From assembly GCF_001194135.2 (NCBI RefSeq), contig NC_068981.1, positions 130,001,172 to 130,065,171 on the forward strand: a stretch of 64,000 nt of DNA. The letters run 5' to 3'. The first letter of the stretch is position 1. The number at the start of each line of letters is the position of its first letter. The stretch comes from Octopus bimaculoides. Its lineage: Eukaryota. The position numbers and the translations under genes are program-made. Shown here one piece after another: positions 38,927 to 49,205 of this stretch. The notes under the pieces were generated by a model. The model had not been told where the DNA came from. It worked only from the letters and a program-made list of their open reading frames with translations, and did not search any database.

Positions 38927-41194
38927 TATTCTTTTGTTGGTTTCAGCCACTGAAACCATGACCTTGCTAGAGCACTGCCTTCAAGGGGTTCAGGGGATTA
39001 TATTCATTGGTGTGCTTCACCCAGTACTTGATGACATGACTGTATGGTTGAGAAGTCCCTCTGCACAGCACATTCCGCAAGTGTCTTCTACTATAGCCCT
39101 GGGCCATCCAAAGCTTTGTGAGTGGATTTGGTAGACAGAAACTGAAAAGAGCCTCTCATATAAACCAATGGTTTACAACCAGGTTCTATATGACCCCTGG
39201 GGGTTCACAGTATTATTTTAAGGGTTCATTACAAGAGTCTGCTAGGTTTCTTTCTCTAACATTTTAAATAGTGCAACCTACATAAGTGAATGTGTGATGA
39301 ACAAATTAGGAATTTTGAAAGAAGTATCTATAAAACTCAAATGGCTATGGGGGTCCACCAGTATAAAATAGTAATCAAAGGGGTCCATAGATGAACAATG
39401 GTTGAGAACCACTGTTGTAAACGAACATCATTATTGTTTGTTTCCATTCTTCTGTGAAAAAGATGAGAAAATATTACCTTGCTTGGAAACGGTTGAAGGT
39501 TGGCAACAAGAAGGGTGTCCAGCTGTAGAAAATCTGCCTCAACAAATTTCGCCTGATCCATGCAAACACGGAAAAGCGAACATTAAAACAATGATTATGG
39601 TTATGATTGTGTGTGTGTGTGTGTGTGTGGTATTGTGACCCATTATACAATATTTTTTTAAAATTTCATTTTGAATTTCTCTGGTCCAGTAAACTCAGCA
39701 ATAATGATTGACTAATATATTGTGCTACTGTGAATGAAGTAAGAATGTGCATAAAGTATGTATTATTGGATGCATTGATCAGAGGTATTCCAGCCATGAC
39801 CATCTTGTCTTTTCCCTATGAGCAAAGAACGCAAGACCCATATAATGCAGTATGTCCCTTTCTAAGATAGTGGTATGTTATCTGTGGGACATTTAGCTAC
39901 TACTTCTTGCCGCTAGAGCGTCCATGTAGAGACTTCCTTGGCTCCTGTGGACATGTTTGTGTTATACTTGCGTAAAGCTAAAGTCTGAAGGAGAGGTAGA
40001 AGGAGGGGGGGTTATAAAAGGGAGATCACTCTCTAAAGGGACGTGACTCTATTGAACTTGTTAAAATTAGTATTATATTAACGTATGGGAGTCACTATAA
40101 TTGACTGCCATCTCCTCTATATTTCTGACCTTGTGTCTATGTAAGAAATTATTATTATTTTATTATCGTGCGGGTGACACGTAAAAGCACCCACTACACT
40201 CTCTGAGTGGTTGGCGTTAGGAAGGGCATCCAGCTGTAGAAACTCTGCCAAATCAGACTGGAGCCTGGTGTTGCCATCCGGTTTCACCAGTCCTCAGTCA
40301 AATCGTCCAACCCATGCTAGCATGGAAAGCGGACGTTAAACGATGATGATGATGATGATCCACTGCCCTTTTGGCAAATAAACCATTGGTCAAGTCATTG
40401 AAAGAGATCACTCCACAATCTTCCTTTAGTTAAGATAGTCAAGCAGTGTTCCCTGTTCTGGGGCTTTGGTGAAGGAGGTTCTGTGGTGGATACACATGAA
40501 AGGACTGAAGATGGACTCCTTCCTCTTGACATTTTCATGAACTTTTTCAAGATCAATAAAATAACTAACTGCTTATTGCTAAGGCCTATTAAATCAACTA
40601 TACAGTTGAATCTAAAAAGGGAAGGACACATCAGACAATGTAATTCTAGAGAAGACAAGATTGATGTAGATATGACCTCTTTGATCCTAGCTCTGCTGAG
40701 TCAGGGCTGCCCTGAAGTTACACTACAGCAACAACTACAACTACTTCAAATTGTTGGAGTTGTGCCAATGTTAGAAACCATTGTTGTTGTCAATGTACTT
40801 TTTTGTGATTTATAGATCAAAGCACATGGTGATGATGTTAATGCAGTAAAATTTGCAGATGATAGTTCCCAGATATTGTTCACAGGAGGAGATGATGGAT
40901 TCTGTAAGGTAAGAAATAAAATAAATACATTTAGATTTGTTTATGTTGTGCAGTATATTACTTCTCTAACGTATTGCTACTTCACTGTTCCACATTCTAC
41001 ACTAATGCTCTATATTGTATATTGAATAATCTCATTGTAATGTACTATTTTGTTTTATTATATTTTTCTCAATGATCTGGTCTTCTGTTCAATCCCACTG
41101 CACAACACCTTGGGCAAGTGTTTTCTAATATAGCCCTGAGCCAACCAAAGCCTTGCAAGTGAATTTGGTAAATGGAAACTGAAAGAAACCTATT

Positions 41195-41241
<47 letters not shown>

Positions 41242-44200
41242 CATGTGTGTGTTTGTGTGTACCCTTGTCTAGACATCACCTGATGATTGTAAATGAGCAT
41301 CACTCTCAGACAAGCAAGGTTATTCATTTCCAATTTTACCTGAAAAAGCATGTCTAGTTGTCGGGAAATATCGCCTTGCTTGGAAACAGGTGTGTGCTGG
41401 TGAACGGAAGGGCATCTGATTGTAGAAAATCCACTTCAACAAATTCCATCTGACTTTTACAATTATGGAAAAGTGGACATTAATCCTTTCATTACCAAAC
41501 CACACTAAACTAGTTGAAATGACCTATTGATATTTTAATGAGAATTTCAGCACAAATTTCATTAGTACATTCCTGAAAACACATGGTTTCACTATGTAAA
41601 CAATTGGTTTACATTGTCTGCCATTATTTTACAAGATATCTGGGTGCTGCAAATTTTTGGAGATTTTTTTTTTTCCATTTTTTTCCCACTTTGATTTTCT
41701 GAAATGTTTCATTACGGACGGAAAATGGATACCAGTTTCATGTTGCTAAGCAGTGAGTTTGAAATCAAAGTATTTTCGAAAGAAGACAAAAAAAATCTAA
41801 AAAAAATACATGGCAAACATGAAAACCACATATGTGATTATGAATCGAATATTTCTTTTTCTGAAAGTGAAACAATTCTGACAATTTGTGATAGTGATAA
41901 AAGAAAACGGAATTTGTACCTGAAATCACAAAATCCCCACTGAACAGGATCTGATGGATCAGAGGACAACATTGTGTTCCAATATCTCATTTTGCTGTAG
42001 CTGGATGCTCTTCTGCATGACAATCATTTTACAGAGTGTCCTGGGTGCATTTCTGAAGGCACCAGCTCTAGTGAGGTTGCTTTGAAGTCCACAAGACTAA
42101 TAAAAAGTCCCCGTGACTTAGAGGGGGAATATAACACAGGAAGTCATGACTTTTATGTAAGGTATTGAGAAGTTGAAGTATGATGAGAGAAACAGTGTTA
42201 TTATGCAAGAGTGTTACTGGAGAGACTAGCAGAGACTGTTAGGGAAGGGAGAAAGAGAAAGAAAAGAGGAGCAACGTCAGGGTTTAGTGAGAGTGAATCA
42301 GAGACAGATAAGGAGGACAGTAGCTTGAGTAGGAGAAGATTCAGAGCTATCTCACATTATATAAGGCTGGGTGTAGTAGTGGTGCCAGAAAGAGAGATAA
42401 AAATGATGGTGACCAGAAGTTAGAGTGCACCTTCAAGGTAACATATTGTAGAAGAGAGCGTAGTGATACAGGATTTATGAAGGATGGGCAAAAGTTGTAA
42501 GAGTGGGTTGGGGTGAGTGATGGATAGAAATAAGGGTGGAGGTGTTCAGTGGGTATATAAGAGGGGAAAGTAGTCAATGACAAATGATGGTTGGGGGTGG
42601 TTGATGGTAAGAATGATGAATGGATGTCAATTGGAAGTTGCTCAAGGCAGTACAGATATTTATCCTACCCAATTTTCACTGACACTTCTTTGTAACTTTC
42701 TCCATTGGAAATGCTGTCAACCAGTGATTAACTCATTAGAGATCTATAACCAATGATGTTGTTACTCACAGAATGCATGATATAAAATAATAATAATAAA
42801 TACACATACAATCTAGCACATTGATATACACTTCTAAAATATTGAAATCAGCACTTATTTAATACAGGATTATAAAGGACTTATAAATTTTATTGTGAAA
42901 CATATTATAGCACATACTCACATACAACTTCTAAATATGCATTGAAGCATATAATCATATTCTTTCTAATGTCATTTACAATCCTATTCATTTAAGTACT
43001 CACATTTCTGTTGTATATTCTTCTACATACCTAAGAAGATACATGTTATAAACATGGTTATATGTGCCATTTTTATACGCGCACACACACACACACACAC
43101 ACACACAATCTCACACACACACACAATCATACTCACACACATGCACAGAATTACAATCACATTCATAAGATATTCACAAGGACATGCATACATTCACACA
43201 TTAAACAGTTCATCAGTCAGGATTTAATTGCTTGTCCTAATTGTATGATTGACTACAACTTTGATCCTTCTTGTTTAACTTTCAGGTTTGGGATCGGCGT
43301 ACCCTTAATGAAAACAATCCAACTCCAGTTGGAGTGTTTAGTGGACATGCAGGTGGCATCACATATATAGATTCCAGGGTAATGTCTATCTTATACAAAT
43401 TTTTTCTCATCTTGTTGCATGCATTCAGCAAAATTTGTTGTGTTTTAAATGAGTTACAAAGGTTTAGTGGATGGCTTTTGAATTGACATTATGCTGAAGG
43501 CACAACCTCTGGCTCAAAGCCATTAACATTACTTGACTAAAATGTAATAATTATTTAACCTTTAGCATTCATATTATTCTGTCAAATGTAATACTTATCT
43601 ATTCACATTGTTTTGAATTAATCATGCATTAAGCTTATAGCTTCAAGATTTCAATGATGTGATTGTTTATTTTTAGAATGACATTGTAGGGTAGGTATGA
43701 GAGGCCAGATATGGCCAGTTTAAACATTAAACAGAATATTTGGGTTGAATATGGCTGGTTTAAATGCTAAAGGGTTTGGCAAAATAGCAAAGAAGCTTCT
43801 ATGTGGTCACTCAGCTTGCTAGAATTAACAAATTTCCTGGATAATTTAGTCCTGAATTTAATGTACCAGAAAAAAATAGACGGCATGGTCTATTTGTATT
43901 CTCTTTTTATTCATGTGTACTTTTAATCACAAGTGATTAACTAAACTGAAGTAATTAATATTTAATCATAAGTATAGCCTTGTCTTTATACTATGTAGGG
44001 TGCCAACACGGCTATGTGGTAATAAGCTTGCTTCCCAACCATGTGCTCTTAGATTCAATCCCACTGCATGGCATCTTGGATGTCTTTCACTATAGCTCTA
44101 GGTTGACCAAAGCTCTTATGAGCAGATTTAGTAGAAAAAACTGAAAGAAGCCCATCATATGTGTGTGTGTGTGTGTGTGTTTATCCCCACACTACTGCTT

Positions 44201-47200
44201 TACAATTGGTGTTGGTTTGTTTATGTCTCCTCAACTTAGCTGTTTGGCAAAAGAAGACTGATTGAAAAAGCACCAGTCTTAAAAATAAGTACTGGGGTTG
44301 ATTTGTTCAACTAAGCCCTTCAAGGCAGTGCCCCAGCAAGGCCACAGCCTAACAACTGAAACAAATAAAAGATAAAAGATATTATTTGTTATGTTACTAT
44401 ATGTAATTGAACTGGACATAATTATGGTAATTATTTTGAATGAAAAAATTAAAACTAGAAAATTTTATTTTTTTAGGGTGATTCACGGTACTTGATATCC
44501 AATTCTAAAGACCAGACAATAAAACTGTGGGACATACGAAAATTTTCTACAGAAGAGGGTATCAAGGTAATTTCATTTCTGATCTGTGATTCATTCCTGA
44601 AGCTGATTGTCAAGTTCTCTGGTAGATGTTTGGATTTTTATAATCATCATTATCATTATCATCATCATCATCACCATCATCACCACCATCATCGTCATCA
44701 GTTTCTAAAAATGATAATATAAAAACTAAAGTTCAGGATTACCATTGGCAGCCTATTTCTGAAGAACGTAAGCATACTTTTAAAACACTTTTTCATGCAC
44801 AGAATCTTTTCAAGTTTTCAATTTATACAATTTCTGAAATTTGTTTTAGTGAAACCACAAAACCAGCTCAACTCACTGGAAAAATCACTTTTCTAAAACC
44901 ATTTGCAAATATATATATATATATTAGTGTAACTCTTCCTTTCCTGATAGTTTGGATATAATAGGTAAAAAACTATCTTTCTACATTTTTTTTATGTAAT
45001 TAGAGAAGGAGTTATGATATCCATTAAGAGATACAGATCTTCTAGTGGATTTGTTTGGTGTTCAGCTCAAATTCCTGTGGCTTGATACATGCATGAGAAA
45101 GTGGGTAGAGACGTTGTAGAGCTGGGTAGAAAAGCATAGTTCAAAATGCTAGAAGCATTATTCTTCAAAATTATTTAGGACAAAAAAAGTAAAAAAATGG
45201 CAGAAGAGATTGACAAAAGCATTGTAGACCTGTTTTGCATATTGTTAAATGAATCTTTGCAAATCAACTGTAGAGCCTGCAGTCTAGGATGTTTGAGTGT
45301 GCTGCAGCAACACTATTCCAAATATGGGTCACAGCTGAGCTCTGTGGAGAGTCAGCAATTGATCTGTAGTGATCCCTAGTGGTTATGACAACAAGCAAAA
45401 TGGAAAAGGGATGTAACGAGAGTAATCTCCCTCAAGCTTCTAGAATGTTCAAGATTCTTCAGGAAGCTTCCAGTTTTACAGGGAAGTCAGGGACTTCCAG
45501 TCCATCCCTATATAAAGGAAAGAAATTCTAAATTCACGCCATTCAGACCCTTTTGGTTCTTCAACATGTACTGGATAGAGCTGCCGTACTTCATGTGCAC
45601 TCATTCACTTTTCTAACTTGGAAATGTGACTGTAAACAGAACATATTCATGTAATGTTATAAGCTTCCTTCTATTAACCTTGTATATGAACGTATTACCT
45701 CCAGTAATAAAAGTTATGACTTATTACAAGTGTCTCATGAATTCTATCCTCTTGTTGTTATGAACAGAAACAGTGACTTCCTTTTCTCTTATACTGACTA
45801 AATTATAGTGAGTCATTAAGCCAACGTTACCACCAAAAATGGATAACCCTGACATCACTATAGATCTAAGGTTTAAGCCTAGCATTTTGAATGTTCTTTT
45901 CTCAATATTATACATGTATGATCACTATGAAGTTCACCAGAAATTGTATTTGAAATGACTTTAGAGAGTTATAAGTCAGTGTTATTCATGAATATTTCTT
46001 TGACATATGTAGTGAGTGTATAGTAAAGGCTGTGTGTATTAGGAGTCTTTTGGTACTGTTGAAGAAACTCAGTTGATCATTCCCATGTTTTGAATACTGA
46101 AGAATTTCGAAATGCTCCTGGCAAGCCAAATCAACAGCTTGCTTTAAATTTCTGATTGGAACCATTCCATATCACTTTAATTTCTAATGTTCTTAAGAAA
46201 TGGTTGAACATCACAAAATTCCATTCCCTGTTTTTCTAAGACTACATATCTTTGTAAGAAATTACAAATATCCAGTTTTCTTCTTTTCAGGCTACTGAAG
46301 CAGCTATCAGTTTCCAAAGGTGGGATTATCGTTGGCGGCCTATATCTCAGGAAAGTAAGTACATCCATAAAACACTCTTCTTGATGTACAGAATTTTGAA
46401 ACTGTTAAAAGTATACAAAATTTTTCAACTTTGTTTCAGTGAAATTACGAAAGCCTCTAACTGGAGATGTATCAGTTATGACTTACCGTGGGCATACTGT
46501 TTTGCACACATTGATTCGTTGCAAATTCTCTCCACGCTTCACTACGGGTCAGAGGTACATTTATTCTGGATGTGCAACAGGAAATGCATGTAGTAAGTAC
46601 ATACTTTTCCTTCATTTATTTTTCAATTTAATTTTTCTCTGAAATTTCATCTTTCTTTATAATCATCCAGTTTCCACTTTAAAATGAAAACCAGTTTAGT
46701 TTACATCACTTCCACAGAACCATAGTGAGCTGTGGTAAGAAAATAAGTTGTAAGTGTTAAGACAGTATTCCTCTTCTAGGCTGGTTGCACAGATGTTTAG
46801 TCTACTCATTCAACTACATCTCTGGGCATTACCATGTCAAGATATAACCGACATTACGATGTTTTATGTCTAGTCTCTTGTACATAACAACAATGATAAT
46901 CAAAGACTTTTTGTCTTAAAAGAAGACTTTTGTAAAGAAGAGGCTCTGAAAGATGTATCACTTTTTAAAAAAAAATCTTTTATTGGTTTGGTTTAGAGGA
47001 AGTGAAGGTACATGGCCTAGTGATTATGATGTTGCACCCATGATTGCAAGATCATGGTTTTGATTCATGGATCAGGTGATGCATTGTGTTCTTGAACAAA
47101 ACACTTTGTTTCACACTGCTCCAGTCCACTCAGCTGTAAATGAATAACCCTGTGATAGACTGGTATACATACACACACATACATACATACATACATATAA

Positions 47201-48629
47201 ATATATATATATATCATCATCATCATCATCATCATCATCATCGTCATCGTTTAACGTCTGCTTTCCATGCAAGCATGGGTTGGACAGTAAACAAAGTTTG
47301 TTTGTAGAAGCGTTGAGATGTATTGAGAGATACAGGAATAAATTTTTTATTCTCAAACGCATGATAATGCTAATAAAATAGAGCGAACAGGATAAATTAT
47401 CCATACATTGCAGAAAAATACGTTATCAGCCAGCCATGGCTGGCTGGTAACGTATTTTTCTGCAATGTATGGATAATTTATGGCTGGCCAGTAACGTATT
47501 TTTCTGCAATGTATGGATAATTTATCCTGTTCATGCTATTTTATTAGCATCATCATACGTTTGAGAATAAAAAATTTATTTCTGTATCTTTCAATAAAAC
47601 TAATTTTAATATTTTCAGTTTATGATGTTCTTACTGGAGAAATTGTGACCAAACTGTCCAATTGTCACAGCACATGTGTACGAGATGTCTCATGGCATCC
47701 CACGAAAAACACAATAGTAACCACCTCAGTGAGTAAAAATTTATTTCCTTTGCATTTGACTTAAGTGATTTGCTTTCTAGGTGTATGAATTACAGATACC
47801 TTGTCTGCTGTAAGATGATGGTTAAATTTCAATCGACTTGAAACCCAATCCTGTCTTTTGGCAACCATGCTTGGTGTGGTCTTTCACCCAGCTAACTTCA
47901 CTGCAGTTGACAGTTTTGACTACTTTGACAGTCTCTAAGTCAAGTTAGCACCAGAATAATGCTTTGTCATGTCAACCCTTTTGATACCAACCTGCCCAAA
48001 ACCACTCTTGTTTCTATGATACAAATTGCATTTTAAAGTTATCTAAATTAAAACTTTCCATCAAAATTCCATGTTAATTTATGTTCTAAACACAGCCTTG
48101 ATAATGGCAACATTGTTTTACTAAACACTTCATTATTTTAAAAATTCATTCAAATAAAGGTAATGTATTTTAACAGAAATATGGTAACAAAAGGGTTAAA
48201 CCCTATTTCCATTATTTTAATATTAAGTAATTTTTCATAACACCCTATTTCTTGAAAGTCTTTCTTTCTCCCTCCCTCTTACAAAAATAAAAGATGGAAA
48301 GGAAAAAGGTTGCCAGTGGAGTTGAGAAATAGAAAGGAGGAAAATTGTAGTACAACCTGTGGCAACTTATATTTCAGATATTTCTTTGAAATAAATCATT
48401 AAATCCAAATGCAAATTCTTTTTTTATTGATGAAAAAATGTAATGCATATATGTTTTTGGATATGTCTCAAGTATATAGTTGATTTACTAAAACTTGAAA
48501 AATCTTTGTTCTATCTTGTAGTGGGACTCAACAATATGCCAGTGGTATTACTATGGCATTGAACAGCATCGAGATTTTGAAAATGGAGAATTATATTACC
48601 TCAAATCATTTCGACGATTATTTGATTGA
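6225..48629 (+). CDS. DCAF11: DDB1- and CUL4-associated factor 11 (WDR23), complete multi-exon CDS, 497 aa
   Basis: join(6225-6319,8161-8228,10143-10171,19652-19747,23837-23901,25373-25473,27916-28018,30076-30119,32532-32655,34255-34312,40816-40908,43286-43378,44477-44566,46291-46354,46440-46592,47619-47728,48522-48629) = 1494 nt, all GT-AG, phases chain without a break. Hallmark motifs: KAFCGIYSK, PDGNYVIYSSWSD, HGDDVNAVKFAD, VWDRRTL, RYLISNSKDQTIKLWDIRKF, WDYRW, MTYRGHTVLHTLIRCKFSP, CVRDVSWHP. Exons 1-3 are the least certain. Confidence 0.93.
8161..8228 (+). CDS. DCAF11: DCAF11 exon 2 (RGRRHRAVRHSSRREKKEVDEPK)
   Basis: ttcattgtag acceptor, gtaatt donor, phase 2 to 1, open; called on phase fit rather than strong homology. 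Confidence 0.55.
10143..10171 (+). CDS. DCAF11: DCAF11 exon 3, 29-nt micro-exon (ADQAPKSTVH)
   Basis: ttctattctag acceptor, gtaagc donor, phase 1 to 0; aligns with vertebrate VDATPDTREL. Confidence 0.65.
12080..12460 (+). mobile_element. tRNA-headed SINE with internal (TA/TG) microsatellite; related copies or fragments at 200-445, 14880-15230, 38930-39150, 43990-44385
   Basis: shared blocks 'tatagcctcgggccaaccaaagccttgtgagtggatt', 'ggtgtgtttacatcccc', 'actgaaacaagtaaaaga'. Confidence 0.75.
16203..16720 (-). mobile_element. mariner transposase fragment (C-terminal half plus one TIR)
   Basis: LHLPYSLDLAPMDCHLF (YSPDLAP motif) on minus; TIR-like TACAAGGTGGTATCAAAAAGTTCC. Confidence 0.75.
18571..18952 (-). 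mobile_element. full-length tRNA-derived SINE with 12-bp target-site duplication
   Basis: Pol III A box TGGCCCAGTGG and B box GTTTCGATTCC on minus; direct repeat GACTTCACAAGT at 18559-18570 and 18953-18964. Confidence 0.88.
19100..19390 (+). mobile_element. older copy of the same SINE family, opposite orientation
   Basis: tRNA-like head plus shared core 'gtgctc.gccacttgcac.ttaatttcatgagcaggctgttcc.ttgat'. Confidence 0.8.
19402..19466. repeat. (CA)n microsatellite; other SSRs include (TA)n 10231-10270 and 16139-16185, (CA)n 22037-22085, (CAT)n at many retroposon tails
   Basis: directly visible. Confidence 0.97.
19652..19747 (+). CDS. DCAF11: DCAF11 exon 4 (DTHLGQQILLASGR...SHMLQK)
   Basis: ctattgcag / gtaaat, phase 0 to 0; resembles TQVELATG...RMLHQ. 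Confidence 0.8.
20005..20215 (+). mobile_element. probable Penelope-like element 3' fragment (GIY-YIG C-terminal tail)
   Basis: GSSRCKICIMERTKILKDFKKPGALNSCKNAFSKCIH resembles the recalled PLE tail RCxLCxxEK..I...LNxRxE..SKCRH; followed by a decayed hammerhead-like CTGATTA-AGGGG..CCCG. Confidence 0.45.
20549..21232 (+). pseudogene. ACSF3: ACSF3 (mitochondrial malonyl-CoA synthetase) first coding exon, 228 codons, one in-frame TGA at a conserved Trp; nested in DCAF11 intron 4 (pseudo-exon or editing-rescued exon)
   Basis: ORFs 20549-20899 and 20909-21244 are in the same frame. RVALVDQNGHFRYRDL, RIAFLCENDLSYVITE*ATWMIGAAAVPL and ALIIYTSGTTGKPK (AMP-binding P-loop) match ACSF3. Acceptor ttttgcag at 20530, donor AAG|gtaagt at 21233. 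No later ACSF3 exon was seen in the readable sequence. Confidence 0.88.
21300..21468 (+). mobile_element. Penelope-like pseudo-LTR / non-autonomous repeat carrying the hammerhead, truncated by a gap
   Basis: hosts the hammerhead motif; a related inverted copy lies at 26130-26218. Confidence 0.55.
21366..21402 (+). ncRNA. minimal type I hammerhead ribozyme motif (Penelope-type) with A6U core variant
   Basis: stem I UCUUU/AAAGA; core CUGUUGA; stem II GAGC-GUA-GCUC; GAAA; palindromic ACGU stem III; GUC triplet ending at 21397. Confidence 0.7.
23443..23672. mobile_element. TTAA-flanked MITE (piggyBac-like); family copies at 28373-28600, 43555-43776, 50386-50605
   Basis: TTAA-CCCTTTAGCATTCA ... 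TGAATGCTAAAGGG-TTAA termini, shared ~220-bp body. Confidence 0.85.
23837..23901 (+). CDS. DCAF11: DCAF11 exon 5 (REVGMGDKQCFSNGDQCAIGT)
   Basis: tttcag / gtaagt; resembles RERGLCHRGSFSLGEQSRV. Confidence 0.85.
25373..25473 (+). CDS. DCAF11: DCAF11 exon 6 (YIPN...KAFCGIYSKEGDSFLAAGR)
   Basis: tctttag / gtaggt; KAFCGIYSK motif. Confidence 0.92.
25880..26105 (-). mobile_element. young RTE-LINE 3' tail / derived SINE ending in (CAT)n; near-identical copy at 40170-40358, many older copies
   Basis: 'gttggcgttaggaagggcatccagctgtagaaac...ccatgctagcatggaaagc.gacgttaaacg.tgatgatg' recurs throughout the window and matches the tail of the LINE at 36133. Confidence 0.8.
27916..28018 (+). CDS. DCAF11: DCAF11 exon 7 (DVYIRLYDT...WSILDAAFS)
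   Basis: cttcag / gtaagt; IRLYD and WSILD motifs. Confidence 0.92.
30076..30119 (+). CDS. DCAF11: DCAF11 exon 8 (PDGNYVIYSSWSDC)
   Basis: gtttag / gtaagt; YSSWSD motif. Confidence 0.93.
30180..30370 (+). mobile_element. short tRNA-related SINE; copies at 9470-9630, 15680-15860, 22950-23105, 56290-56500
   Basis: shared 'ctttgcctttcatcc..ggggt.ga..aa.taagtaccag...cactggggtcgatgtaatc' block. Confidence 0.7.
32532..32655 (+). CDS. DCAF11: DCAF11 exon 9 (IHLCNIRG...FSSDNKEILGG)
   Basis: tttcag / gtaagc; matches IHICNIYGE...SSDGREVLGG. Confidence 0.93.
34255..34312 (+). CDS. DCAF11: DCAF11 exon 10 (ANCGNFYVYDLERNQKILT)
   Basis: ttttccag / gtaagt; matches ANDGCLYVFDREQNRRTL. Confidence 0.9.
34893..36133 (-). 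mobile_element. near full-length decayed mariner (SETMAR/Hsmar1-like transposase)
   Basis: WVPHNL, DEKWILY-like, MVTVWWC, DNAQPH and HPAYSPDLS.NDYHLF motifs in frameshifted ORFs; TIRs TCAGGCTGAGTAAAAA / TTTTTACTCAACCT about 1.24 kb apart. Confidence 0.93.
36133..38520 (-). mobile_element. 5'-truncated RTE-clade LINE (RT plus 3' UTR with tandem repeats and (CAT)n tail)
   Basis: ORFs with KAIKDMKTGKASGPSGITTEMLK, YKSKGDALDTNNYRGI, WKQGLESKGLRVNLAKTK and ILYDSETWAVT; frameshifts and stops. Confidence 0.92.
40816..40908 (+). CDS. DCAF11: DCAF11 exon 11 (IKAHGDDVNAVKFADDSSQILFTGGDDGFCK)
   Basis: ttatag / gtaaga; WD repeat. Confidence 0.95.
43286..43378 (+). CDS. DCAF11: DCAF11 exon 12 (VWDRRTLNENNPTPVGVFSGHAGGITYIDSR)
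   Basis: tttcag / gtaatg; WD repeat. Confidence 0.95.
44477..44566 (+). CDS. DCAF11: DCAF11 exon 13 (GDSRYLISNSKDQTIKLWDIRKFSTEEGIK)
   Basis: ttttag / gtaatt; near-identical to vertebrate motif. Confidence 0.96.
45412..45728 (+). mobile_element. probable solo LTR
   Basis: TGTAAC...TTACA inverted termini, TATATAAA near 45508, AATAAA near 45706; no clean TSD. Confidence 0.55.
46291..46354 (+). CDS. DCAF11: DCAF11 exon 14 (ATEAAISFQRWDYRWRPISQE)
   Basis: ttttcag / gtaagt; WDYRW motif. Confidence 0.93.
46440..46592 (+). CDS. DCAF11: DCAF11 exon 15 (GDVSVMTYRGHTVLHTLIRCKFSP...YIYSGCATG)
   Basis: gtttcag / gtaagt; preceded by a short 85-nt intron. Confidence 0.96.
47321..47596. repeat. palindromic fold-back element with an internal direct duplication
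   Basis: arms TATTGAGAGATACAGGAATAAATT... / ...AATTTATTTCTGTATCTTTCAATA, centre CAGCCATGGCTG at ~47436; 'taacgtatttttctgcaatgtatggataattta' occurs twice on the right arm. Confidence 0.92.
47619..47728 (+). CDS. DCAF11: DCAF11 exon 16 (YDVLTGEIV...CVRDVSWHPTKNTIVTTS)
   Basis: ttttcag / gtgagt. Confidence 0.95.
47972..48199. mobile_element. second piggyBac-like MITE family
   Basis: CCCTTTTGATACCA ... TGGTAACAAAAGGG-TTAA termini. Confidence 0.65.
48522..48629 (+). CDS. DCAF11: DCAF11 exon 17, terminal (WDSTICQW...RRLFD*)
   Basis: cttgtag acceptor; begins WD as in vertebrate S|WDGNLRLW; TGA at 48627-48629. Confidence 0.88.
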   Translation, partial: WDSTICQWYYYGIEQHRDFENGELYYLKSFRRLFD

Positions 48630-49205
48630 TTGTAACTGTCATATGGGTTACAAAAGAAACTGAACAGATGTAAATAATTAACATTTAACAGACATGGCTT
48701 TAAGCCCTCACTTTTTTTTCATTGCTACATCCATCATTAGAATAGTTATATTAAATATATTTAGAAATCTCAGTCTATAAAACATATTCGTTTCAACAAT
48801 TGAAATTCTTTAGAAAATTTTGAAAGAAAGCAGGCTCTAATTCTCATGAAGTGAAATATTTTAAATACCTTCTTTCAGCATAATCTGCTGCTTGAGACCC
48901 TAAGATTCCTAAAGAGTCTGAAGATATTTAAAGTATACAAAGATCTTGATTTCACTGATTCATATGCTGTTTTTGTAGAACTAAGTCTTCCTCAACTGCC
49001 AACTACTTTCTTAATTTGATAAAACAACTTTAATTAGTCAAGGCTACTTTACATTTATTGTTTTGTGCAAGTTAAATACTGCTAGAAGGTTTCAGCTTAT
49101 TACATTCCTATGCAGAAACTACCAACAAAGGATTTCCTTTGTAACATTCTAAGTTTATATTGTACTGACACAACTGCCATCATGTATAGAATGGATATTT
49201 CTTTT

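Noticed and set aside
40395-40815. Overlapping 110-aa (+) and 87-aa (-) ORFs before exon 11
   Set aside because: No recognisable domain and no convincing splice sites; the plus ORF ends at the exon 11 acceptor TAG. A BLASTx search would be needed to revive it.
44640-44700. Poly-His peptide in ORF 44492-44722
   Set aside because: Read-through past the exon 13 donor into an intronic (CAT/CAC)n microsatellite.
47111-47764. Mirror-image ORFs (MDNLSCS...) on both strands
   Set aside because: A by-product of the palindrome at 47321-47596; only 47619-47728 is real coding sequence.
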